Source: Azolla caroliniana
Taxonomy: Eukaryota; Plantae; Polypodiophyta
Length of the DNA: 64,000 bases
Reading direction: 5' to 3'
Assembly: GCA_043228905.1 (NCBI GenBank)
Contig: JBHGNT010000007.1
Coordinates: 22,630,001-22,694,000, forward strand
Both the position numbers and the translations under genes were made by a program. Below, in pieces: positions 51,001-62,165 of the stretch; the first letter of the stretch is position 1; each line of letters starts with the position of its first letter. The notes beneath the pieces are model-generated. The model searched no databases, was not told the origin of the DNA, and worked only from the letters and a program-made list of their open reading frames with translations.

Positions 51001-54000
51001 AGTTGGTGTCCATCTTGTTCCTACTATTTGTAAATACTCTTTTGGTCCATCACTTGAGTTCACAAGCCCACTACTTAAGGTTTGCGCTTAGTTGTCAATA
51101 ATAATACTCTCCATTTCCTTTTTTCTTTTTTTCAGGGGAAACATGGTCAGGTTCAATAAGATATTTAAACAAATAAGCCATTACGATATTATCTATGAGA
51201 ATGTTCTCTATTGTGATTAGTCGCATCACCCAAATAAGAATTGCTTGCTCCGACTTCTTAGGAAAAGGATCTAGAGGCATTTTGCCCCTTTCTATTTAAT
51301 TCAGCCCCAGACAAATAGAAATTATTTCATTTACCTGACTTCCTTACAAACTGCCAACTATATGCATAAAAGTTGCATGATGTTTAGGTCTCTGACTATT
51401 GTGTATCACTCCTCTTGCTCATCAGCTCATAATAATATATATCTCTCGTTTTAGGTTCTCACTATGTCTTAGGGGTTCTTGTTGTGTTTCAGGTTTCTTG
51501 TCACAAATAAAGGGTTTCTTGCTGCATTTTAAGCTTTTCGCATTTGAAGGTTTCATGCTGCATTTTAGGGTTTCATTCACATGTTTTTTAGGCTTTCTTC
51601 TGCTTTTATGTTTCTTTTGGATGTTCCCTTTCAGAAGGGAAAAATGGAGCTACAGAATAAGTGACAGTAAGGACGCATGCATTAAATGTGCGTGCTCACA
51701 TACATTTTGTCAAAGTTGGATGCCTACGCAAGGGTAGGAATAGTTGCATGCTAGCATAGAAACTAATGATGTGATGCATGCAAAGAAGAGATGTTTCTAT
51801 ATTTATCCAACAAGAGAGGCCATTCTCAAGTTCGCAAGTTTTGAAATTTGATAGGGCCACAATCATAAGGGCGCATGGGAGGCTTGCACGACCAAGGCAA
51901 CATTGTCAATCATAGACTTGCCATGCCAGTTCATAAGTTTTGAAAATTGACGGGGCCACAAATCATAAGGGTACGTGGGAGGCTTGCACAACCAAGACAG
52001 ACTTGCCATGCCAGTTTGTAAGTTTTGAAAATTGACAGGGCCACAAATCATAAATAAGAGGCTTGCACGACCAAGGCAACATTGTTAATCATAGACTTGC
52101 CATGCCAGTTCAGGATATTTCTCCCAAAATTTTCTTATCTTAATTTCTTTTTACCCTACATAAATGGGTTCAAATATTGTATAATTTCGTTCAATTTATG
52201 GAAAACTTATTGTAATCAGTGAGTTTTATATGTTTTCCTCGGATTCCACTTTTCATATAGCAAGTGTGCTTTGAAATTGTCCCCATTTGCCTCTCCCACG
52301 AAAGCTTGACAAGAGAAGAACGAACCTTTTAAAGGCTCCCTACAAGAAAACATGCTTGAAGTTTCTCTCTCATGAATGCCAGTGTGATATACACCTTGAT
52401 TCGCTAATTTGTTTCCTGTTAGCCTCTCCCGCAAAGGCCTGATGCAAGAGAAGCCCTCTTATAGTCAACTTCTGGTGAAGGCTGAGCTCGCAAGTACATG
52501 TGAACCCTCATGTCTCAAAAAAAGTGTGTTTACAAGACACCATCCAAATACCACATTCCTGAGAATATGCCACAAAATCATTGGTACAATGAGGATAAAG
52601 AGATGTATCAGCATCACCATACAAATGAAAGCCTCGGAGAGATTACACAACAAATACCTCGCAAGTACATGTGAACCATTACACCCCAAAAACTGCTACA
52701 AAGAAGCACAAGATTGGGATTTATACCATCTCTTCATGAGCAAAGACTCGGCCACTGCCTCATGATGTATTAGACAGCCCAGAACCCAACCCCAACATAG
52801 GATCCACAACTATGGCATTCTTATGCAGAAAGTTTGTATCATTTTCCATGGCAAACCCCTTTACCACCACCATTAGAGATTCTCCCTAATTCCTCCACCA
52901 TCTTCACCTCATACACGTTTGATCATCTGACCACATGGGATTACAAGGTGAACACCTCATAAAAGTGGAAACCACACTTGCCCCTATCCTTGCACACATG
53001 TTCGATAGAGTGTTCAAACGCATGTATCATGCACATGATCGTGCCTATTCATAAGCCAGGTTACCCTTGCAAATTACGAAACTATAGGACACGATCATAA
53101 GTCAAAGCAGCAGGGAATCGACATATCAGCATGTAGGTCTGCATCATCCCAATGCCTTAGATGGTTTTTGCCATGAAAAAGGGATCATCGTAAACCTAGG
53201 AAAGACAGGCTATAGTCTTCCACGCGTCAGTGCTGACTAGCTGACAAGTTGTCTTCACCCTATCAAAAGAGCAAGTTGAAATAGTGGCTTTCTATGTATA
53301 TGTAGAAGTCAGATAAACAGTGCTGCCATATGGACTCCAGCCATTCCCATGTACATGAAAACACAAATAGAGCATCCATTAGTCAAGATGTTGTCAAGGA
53401 ACCATGCACCCCATGCTGAATTGGCAAAACCCCCATGATTGTAGAAGCTCTATTCTAGGGATGAACCTCATCAACCGTATTTGAACATGCCACATCAAAG
53501 AAGTACATATGAGGCATAGAAGCAAATGGTGAAATAAGGTCACATTAAAGGATCGTGGTAACTGCAAGTAATGAAGTGGTTCTACAACAATGGCCTCAAA
53601 CATCGGGAATTTCCTACCTTCTTAATAGCAAGTATGAAGTGGTTCAACAACAATGACCTCAAACATCGAGAACTTGCCACCTTTATAATAAGTACACATC
53701 TCCGAAATGATGATACGAACAAGGTATTGTGGCAAGATCTATAGCAGCTCTATAACCAAAAGTCTTGGCTCACATCAAGGAGCCACTTCTCCCAAAGACC
53801 ATCTATTGAACTTTTCCGCAGATGATTTCATATAAAGACAGGGGGAGGGGGTAAATGGACATTACATGCCCCATAGCCCTTGCAAAGAAATAGCCCAACT
53901 CAGAGTTTCCTCCCATCAACCAGAGATCGAGGCAAGACAAACACTTTGCATACCTAGAGCTGAAAGACTTGTGAATTATGTAAAGGAGAACATTTTGTGT

Positions 54001-55472
54001 GCAAGTGCTCAGCTTTCAACTACATCAGAGATAAGTATGTCATTCTCTATGAAGATTTCATGACCATTTGACAAATGATAGAGCAGACTAGGCCACAACA
54101 GTTTGTCCAAATCATGCTTGAACTTCAAAAACATAGGGAATCAACCCTTATATTAGCATGTAGAATGCAACGACAAACACACATCACCAATTTCTTCCAT
54201 GGCTCCTTACCTCCACTAACAACATGCGGAGGTGTTACAGGCATGACCATAATTTATTCCATGGTAAGTTGTACTGCAGTATTCTACACACAAGGATAAA
54301 GTGTGAGGGTTAATTGAGAGTGTAAAGAAGGGAGGATTACTTTTAATCCTAGGAATTGAGACAACCCATAAGAGCCAAGTGTGAACTTGCCTGGGGACCT
54401 TAAGTATGGCTATAAATATGAGGCCTATCTACCCTCATTAGTCACATTATTCGACTACGTCGAGCCTATGATCTTGTGGTGAACAGACTCTTGTAGTGAG
54501 CACACCAATACCAAGCACGACTGAATGCCATTGTGGTGGTATGGGACACCGATCAAGCCTCGAGTCTGTCTCGATCCCTCCGCTTGGGGGTGGTCGGGTG
54601 GATCGGCACCCTTCTTTCGCTCTTTTTTCTTTGTCTTCTGCTTACATTAGGAATGATCTCTAACACGAGGAGTCATCAAGAGTGAGCAAAGGAATGTCAA
54701 CAACAGAGTCCACAAGTACCAGGCTATACGGCATATGGGCCATTCCATCACCAGATCATGGAGATCATTGCTCACCATGCATGATACAAACAAGGACACC
54801 CAGATGCACTTGCTAAACTTCATCATAGAACAGTAACCTACGGCATGCATTAAGATCGTGATCATAGATCTTTCGGAAACCTACAGCTTTTGTTTTCATT
54901 TCATTCTGGATGACATGAATTCGCCCATATTTGTAATCAGGATTTGTCTCATAGGCCAATTTTGGCCTCTAGAAGATAAGAATACAATGTGCTGTCTTTT
55001 TTCCTCTCTATCTCAGATATAATGTGCTTTTTCATGGTCAGAATACATAACAACATATTGAGCAAAATGACTATAGAATGAAAAGATGAAGGACATAATG
55101 TTTCTCATCATTAACAAACCTCGATAGACTGAAGTTTTGATTTGTGAGATTTGACAAAGGCTTGAATCGCACGCACGGACTGGCCCTGCATCTCTACATC
55201 AGAATTCCTCCATACTTTCTGCCTTCTCGTGCCTTGATGAAGGCTAAAGCAGAAAAGAAGGGGAAAAAAATAATAAACAAGGGAAAGGGAGAAATGCAGA
55301 GAAGCAAAAAAATAGAATAAAATCAAATAAAGGAGTGTAGGGGAAAGAGAGCAAGAGGAGAAATTAGAAAAAAGGAAGTGGGAGAAGCAGAAGGGGAAAC
55401 AGATATGAGGGGGAGGAAGGAATGAAATTTGGAAGGGTATGAGGTTTGAACAAATACATGGACCAAGAAAAC

Positions 55473-55521
<49 letters not shown>

Positions 55522-55617
55522 AGCTTACGAGGAGGTGGAGGTAGTGAGCCCGAGGCTGAGGAGGCGTCTGAGGCGATCCTCTAAAGCACGAAGAGCTCCA
55601 GTTTTCGCCATCGCCAT
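45095..55617 (-). CDS. ARM-like/BTB-POZ domain protein, At1g04390-like. Exons approx. 55529-55617, 55120-55243, 49960-~50513, 49730-49863, 49199-49641, 46228-47361, 45664-45810, 45095-45569
   Basis: N-terminal RL..LL.LG / W..SDVEMQ...V.AI.AF pattern recalled from At1g04390. Two BTB motifs: DVHLIF...YAHKVIIAIKCP...LLEFIY and HAHRAILSAQCSYFEGLFRSGMQDS...LLQYLY. GT-AG junctions keep the frame; the exon 3 acceptor is uncertain. Confidence 0.85.
51830..52110. repeat. Complex tandem repeat (~3 imperfect copies) in BTB intron 2
   Basis: AAGTTTTGAAAATTGA..GGGCCACAAATCATAA...GAGGCTTGCAC.ACCAAG...AGACTTGCCATGCCAGTT repeated. Confidence 0.8.
52700..54990 (+). mobile_element. Decayed LINE ORF2 relic in BTB intron 2 (related to the 11.4-15.6 kb LINE)
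   Basis: Remnants PIHKPG (~53043), VNLGKT (~53190), IAQLRVSSHQ.EIE (~53890), and the shared 3' motif at 54942-54976. Confidence 0.6.
54233..54665. mobile_element. Solo LTR (433 bp) nested in the LINE relic
   Basis: Termini TGTTA...TAACA, flanks GGAGG/CGAGG (4/5 TSD match), internal TATAAATA at 54411. Confidence 0.7.
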
Positions 55618-55622
55618 AGCCA

Positions 55623-55660
<38 letters not shown>
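55478..55660. repeat. (GA)n and (CT)n microsatellites flanking BTB exon 1
   Basis: (GA)n at about 55478-55518 in intron 1 and (CT)n at about 55625-55660 in the 5' UTR. Other SSRs occur at 7073, 11039, 21230, 56186 and 60977. Confidence 0.9.
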
Positions 55661-55665
<5 letters not shown>

Positions 55666-56184
55666 CTGTTTTCTCTGAGAAAACGACGACGATGATGACG
55701 TGGCTTCTTCTACATACATATTTACTTATTATTTGTGTTTTATCCATTTATTTCGCTTTTACTTAATTAATTAAATGTTTTTATAATTTTCTTTTCGCCT
55801 TCTGTTTACATAAATATGTATTTCCTTCTAGATTATGCATTTTTAATTTATTCTTATAATTCGCACCCCCCCCCCCCCCCGGGTCACTATTTGATACAGA
55901 AATAATAAATAGTGAGAGCCCGTGAATCTAGGCCTTGGACGGCTCTAAACTCGTCTCGGGAATCCTAGATGATCGGGGCCGTCCAATTATTTTAGATCTA
56001 AAAAAAGGAAAAGAAAATAAATAAGAAAATAAAAATAAAACAAAAAAGTGAATAATAGGAGAGAGAAAACATTTGGGGGGGGGGGGGGGGGGATTTTTGA
56101 ACGTGTATGCTTTGTCTCTGTGTTTCTCTGTCTCTGTGTTTCTCTACGTGCTCCATCTCTGTCTCTGTGTGCTGCGTGTTGCGT

Positions 56185-56240
<56 letters not shown>

Positions 56241-57264
56241 TCCATTGCGGGCTTCCTCTACGTGCTTCCTCAGCCTCCAATTTCAACATCTTGGTGGAAC
56301 AACAGGCGGAGTTCACGAACGACCAGTAAGAAATTAGGTATATTTCTGTTTATTCTTTCCATTTTAATTAGTGAGTGCTATTTCTACAAGAGATAAATCA
56401 TTATCACTAGGATTAAGGTGATTATATATGTTGAAAGTCTGAGTGTTGATGTATAGTGAGTGTTATTTCTACAAGAGATTAATTACATCATTATCACTAG
56501 GATTATGGCTGAAATGTTTCAGTGTGCAACAAAATGCCAAATCTGATGTTGGCTAATTAGTTCACAACATATGATATTCAGAGAGGGCACTTATTATAGG
56601 TCTTCCATATGAATCTTACACGATTGAGTGGAGTGTACATCTAGCAGGCCAACATATGTGTATACATACCGTGAGACATTTTTTCTCTCTTATAAGCTGC
56701 TTCATACAACAGAGGATACACACATTCACAAGCCCTGGCATGTGCCAGACATTTGACGCTAACATACGTGGATACATAAATTTGGTATGGACGACCGTAG
56801 ATACATACATTGAGGCCCTGCCATAGCTTATTGCAGAGTCATCTACTATTAGATATGTACATTAAGATACATATATATAGCTAAAAGTTATGAAATTATA
56901 TACAATGTATGCCCCCAGATGCAGACATTTCGATACATGCATAAATCCCATTTAAATAAGATATTTTTCTCATTTACACTCTAAATTCCAGAGGGCTCGA
57001 ATGTGAGCACACATACATAGAATGAAGCTAAGTGATAACAAAATATTGTTTTTGATGTTTTTCTCCCCCTCTTTGTAATTGTAGGATCAAATGAACCAAG
57101 GTATTTGGGGTTTAGGACATTGACTCTTCATCATATCTATCAAATCCACCTTTAAAGACCAAGTAAGTTTCCCACCCAACCTTAAATTGCTATCAACATG
57201 CAAGGTTTTACAAATGAATGAAGAATATCAAGAATTTTGTTTTGTGGTTTTAGGGGTAAACAAG

Positions 57265-58248
57265 ATGTTTGACTTTGACTTAAACTTGAGTCCATCTCAT
57301 TGTTCTACCTCTCATGCACTTGAGATACAAAATATGGATGCTTTGAATGATGATTGGGGCTCACTTGATGACTTTGATTATACTAGTAGTGATTCTATAA
57401 GTTCAGATTCACACACAAGTGATTCAACTAGTGACAACGAGTCATTGGAGAATAAGAACCTCATTATGATGAATGAAAATCTCAAAAAATATCCCGACGC
57501 TAGTTTATTTGTGCCAAAAAGTTATTTTACTTTTAATAAGGCTTGTTATGATTTAATGGTTGATGATATATTAGGAGTTCGTAAAATTACACTTGACTTG
57601 TTGAGGGATGCCAAAGACGGTGTAGTAGTGGATCTTAGATTGTGGAAATCTATGAAACAACGAATATTGTTAATGGGAGATCGAGAGATATATTTAAAGG
57701 ATTCTCCTAATTGTAGGATACCATATATCGAACAATGGGGAGATATAGTGGTGAATGCACATGTTAAAACTAGCCATCTAGGGCTAAAAGACACATTAGA
57801 TGAAATTAAGAAAGGTTGGTCGGTGGATACCCGATATTATGGGCTATCAAAGGTGTATGTAAAAGCATGCATTGATGCGTGTGGATGTCAAAAGGTACAA
57901 AAAACGACACCTTTAGACATCCAACATCATACTAGATCCATCCCAAATGAAGAGTTCACGGTAGAAGAATCCATGTTGGGGGTTGTATTAGATGATATTC
58001 AGATTAAATATTGTACGTGCTTAAAGAAGTCTTATACCAATACCAAATATCATGAAAGGTATGTTTGTCACCGTTGGGGGGAGTCAAAAAGGGGTGGCAA
58101 ATACATTCGTCGATGTAAGACTTCAAAACGATGTGGATGCACTTTTCGTGTTGATGTCAAAAGGTCAATTGGAGACCGAAAACAAGCGACCATCTCTGTA
58201 TATGCCCAACACAAAGGTCATGATCCAAGTGCACCACATGAGGTGTAT
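57265..58248 (+). pseudogene. Mutator-like (MULE) transposase, N-terminal half only
   Basis: Strong similarity to the minus-strand copy. H-x4-H...C-x-C zinc motif, FAR1/WRKY-GCM1-like YVCHR...CGC...HKGH. Ends at the junction with the antisense copy. Confidence 0.8.
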
Positions 58249-60282
58249 CAATGCATGCACCAAATCAGTTATGGATCGATTAATTCTTCCTCTAAATGCG
58301 GTGTACTTGATATATTGCCAATGCCTCTCAACGATATTTGTAGTGTCCACATGGCCATATTGGAACATTCTTCCAAACTTGGGCCAAGTATTTCTCCAAA
58401 TGTCATTACACCAACAATTTTTTATGTAGTTGCAAACTAATTTTTGCTCATTGTATTCTTCCAATATTTCAGCATATACATGATCAAATTCTTCTTCTTT
58501 ACTAGCATACATGAGTTGGCACATTCGAGCATATAATTTGTCTCTTTCGTTGCCATGAACTTTTGGCAATAGATGGTCAACCTATGCTTTTTTCACATGG
58601 AACCAACAAAGCAAAATTTTGCAAGTTGTTTGTTGCCTTATATCATTGACCATCTCCCAACAATATGGATCAGATGTAATAACATTTTTCAAAGCAATGT
58701 ATTCTACCCAACACTTATCTATTACCAGGGCATTCGGTCGGATACCTTTCATTCTTTCAAATATCTTCTTTAGTGTCATTTCCAATGCGAGTTGTTCATG
58801 ATGATATCCTGCATCATTGGTGCAAAGCATATACCACAATGGGATGCCAACCCCTTGCTCGTTTGGTGCAACGGCAGCATATAAGGGCAATCCAAATACA
58901 TTAGTCTTAAACGTAGAATCAATTGCCCAAGCATTGTTCTTTGATAAGCGCATACACATGTTTAACATCCATTGATCTTGTATTATTAGAACAAATGGTT
59001 GCTTTGTAGGAATATACGGTTGAATATAAGCTACTTTTCCTTGATCCTTCAATGCATATGCTTCTCGTATCATTCTAGTCCAATCATCTACGGCTATAGA
59101 TTTTTTAACATTTAACTTGCTAGCTATATTTTGAACCTCCTTTGTAAGTATAAAAAACCTAAAAATAACTCTCTCAACATGTGTAACTTTGTTCTTATGG
59201 ATAATCGCTTTCCTCATGCTTATCCTTGCTACATGCCTTGCACATCCAACATCAAAAAGATCTTCCATACAACAATGGATGACATTTGGGTGCACCTTTA
59301 AATAATATACCTCATGTGGTGCACCTGGGTCATGGCCTTTATGTTGGGCATATACAGAGATGGACACTTGTTTTCGATCTCCAATTGACCTTTTAATATC
59401 AACATAAAAAGTACATCCACATCGTTTGGTAGTCTTACATCTACGAATGTATTTACTACCCCTTTTTTATTCCCCCCAACGATGACAAACATACCTTTCA
59501 TGATATTTGTTTTTGGTTTTACACTTCTTTAAGCATGTAGAATATTTAATTTGAATGTCATCTAATACAACACTCAGCATAGATTCTTCTACTACAAACT
59601 TTTCACTTGGGGCACTACTAGTATGATCAAGCATGTCTAAAGGCGTCGCCTTTTGTACCTTTTGACATCCACAAGCATCAATGTATACTTTCACATAAAC
59701 CTTTGATAGCCCGTGATATCGGGCATCCACTGACCAACCTTTCTTAATTTCATCTAATGTATCTTTGAGCCCTAGATGGCTAGCTTTAACATGAGCATTT
59801 GTCACTATATCTTCCCATTGTTCGATATAAGGTATCCGTAAATTAGGAGACTCCTTTAAATATATTTCTCGATCTCCCATTAACGATATTCGTTGTTTCA
59901 TCGATTTCCATAATCTAAGATCCACTACTACACCATTTTTGGCATGCCTCAACAAGTCAATTGTAATTTTACGAACTCCTAATATATCATCGACCATTAA
60001 ATCATAACAAGCCTTATTAAAAGTAAAATAACTTTTAGGCATAAATAAATTGACATTTGGATATTTTTTGAGATTTCCATTCATCATATTGAGGTCATCA
60101 TTATCCAATGACTCGTTGTCACTAGCCGAATCACTTGTGTTAGAATCTGAATTGGTCGAATAACTACTAGTATAATCATTGTCATCAAGTGAGACCCAAG
60201 CATCATGTAAAACATTCATATTTATGTTTTGAAGTGCATGAGAGGTATCACAATGAGAGGGACTCAAGTTTAAATCGAACAT
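58246..60282 (-). pseudogene. Mutator-like (MULE) transposase, one frame with two nonsense mutations (59467 TAA, 58582 TAG), 3'-truncated
   Basis: ORFs 59467-60348, 58582-59367 and 58165-58569 are in the same frame. MULE core AIDSTFKTN.FGLPLY, VIDK, CWFHVKKA(W), TTNIVERHW; no SWIM domain before the junction. Confidence 0.88.
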
Positions 60283-60972
60283 CTTGCTTAGCCCTAAACC
60301 ACAAAATAACAATTCTTGGTATTCTTCAATCTTAAGTAAAACCTCCACACTTCAACTTAGAAATTTAAAGTTGGGCAGAGAACGCAAATAAAAATGCAAA
60401 TAAAAATGAAAAAGAAACTTCTCTAGAACAACTATACATGCAAGCCAATGAAAATGCCTATTAAATCCTTTACTATTCCACATGAAAGCAAATGAAAATG
60501 CACATGAGAGCGACTAAACACTTCAAGGGAAAGCAAATGACAGAGAATTAGTGCCATTGAAATGAATGCATTTTGTGAACTAAACAAAATCCAAATTGTT
60601 TTGCATTCAAGGACAATAATTAGTACCTCCGATTCTTTGTTTATGTATACAGAACGACTCCCCCAATGCACTTCTCCTGTTGTTCCACCCACAAACGAAT
60701 CTGAAAACGAATCAAGGTATTTCCTTTAGGTTCAATACCCGATTCATTAATTGAAAATCTTTCTGGTCCCTCGTGGGTGAAGCTCAGTGGAGGTCTGAAC
60801 CGACTGATGTTGAAAAATCAAGTTGTTGCAAGCTGTGGGGATAAGCTCTACGCGCAGAGATCACGCAGAAAGCAAAGAGAGAGAGAGCAAGAGAGCACGC
60901 AGCGAAGAGAGAAAACACCTAAACCCTAAACGCGCAGAAGAGAGCACGCAGGAAAGCAGGAAAGAAAGAGAG

Positions 60973-61018
<46 letters not shown>

Positions 61019-61769
61019 CAAAATTAATATTTCTCGACCTCTTTCCGTTTTATTTAATTAATATTTGTGTGTTTTTTTGTTTTAATATTATGCATTTATT
61101 TACTTTTATTCGTCCATTTGATTCTCATGAGAGTTTTATTTATTTATTTATTTATATTTATATGTATTAGACATTTATTTATATTTTATTTATGTATTTA
61201 TTTATTTATTAATTATATAATACACATATATATATATGTATTAGAAATTTATTTATTTATATATGTGTATTTATTTATTATATTTATATTTATATTTATA
61301 TGTATATGTATTGATTGATTATATATATATTTATATATACATGTATTAGACATTTATTTATATATATATATGTATATTTGACAAATGGGTCGATTTGTCC
61401 ATTTATTTCTTGATATTTATCAGGTTTCTTTTGCATTTCTCGCTTTGTGTTTTTTTTATATAGATTATATTTTCAATCTTGTTTAATTACTTTAATTTTA
61501 TCTATTTATCACTTTAATTTTATTGTTTTATCCATTATTTGTTCATTCTTTTGATCCTATTTATATATTTATCCATATGCTTTTTACATAAAATTATGAA
61601 TCCATTTATTTACTCATTTGTCCATCTACTTTCTATTTATTTCCCCGATAATGCCCTTGCAGTTGCTTATGTGTCCATAATCATTTCTATTTATTTGCAT
61701 TATTGCCCCACAAATGCCCCTTACTCATTGGTTCATTAATTCTCTATTTTACTCGCATTATTTTACCCC

Positions 61770-62165
61770 CTTTAAACATGCCCCTTGAGTCCAACCAGAC
61801 ACTCTGTGAAGAACTCTTGTTAGTTAAACATGCGATCCAAGCAACCAATCCTAAGCATAACTGCAACACCCCCCTTCTTTCTCAATCCTTCTATAATTCT
61901 CCCCTAAATATGCCCTTGGGGTCCGAACACTCTGTGAACTCCTGCCAATTTTTCGTTAAGTGTTGTGATTTGAGCAACCAACCGTAAGCATCATTGCAAC
62001 ACACCCTTCCTTCTCAATCCTTCTATCATACCAAATTCTCCCCTAAATATATCCCTAGGGTCCAAACACTCCAACCTCTCTTTTGCTAGTTTTTTGACAC
62101 ATGGTGCAATCCGAGCAACCAACCGTAAGCATCTCTGCACACACCTCTTCCTTCTCAATCCGTTC
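61770..62165. repeat. Three diverged tandem copies of a ~135-bp unit
   Basis: TAAA.ATG/TATCCCT..G.GTCC.AACACTC...GCAACCAA.CGTAAGCAT...CTTCTCAATCC repeated three times. Confidence 0.75.

Larger units (their letters stand above)
57175..60375. repeat. Long imperfect inverted repeat: arms 57175-58248 and 59305-60375, spacer ~1056 bp
   Basis: Arms are reverse-complementary, roughly 85% by eye, with perfect runs such as 57517-57560 (44 nt). Confidence 0.92.

Noticed and set aside
55987-56396. ORFs with ERER/SLSL runs (also at 11008, 55439, 60823)
   Set aside because: Translations of (GA)n/(CT)n microsatellites.
58052-58440. C-terminal part of the 417-aa ORF 57187-58440 as a genuine protein domain
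   Set aside because: Beyond 58248 it is just the antisense of the other transposase copy read through the junction.
58582-59469. In-frame stops in the MULE as sites of U-to-C editing or read-through
   Set aside because: Plant U-to-C editing is organellar. The changes are TCA>TAA (the sister copy has TCA) and probably TGG>TAG, ordinary nonsense mutations that U-to-C editing would not restore.
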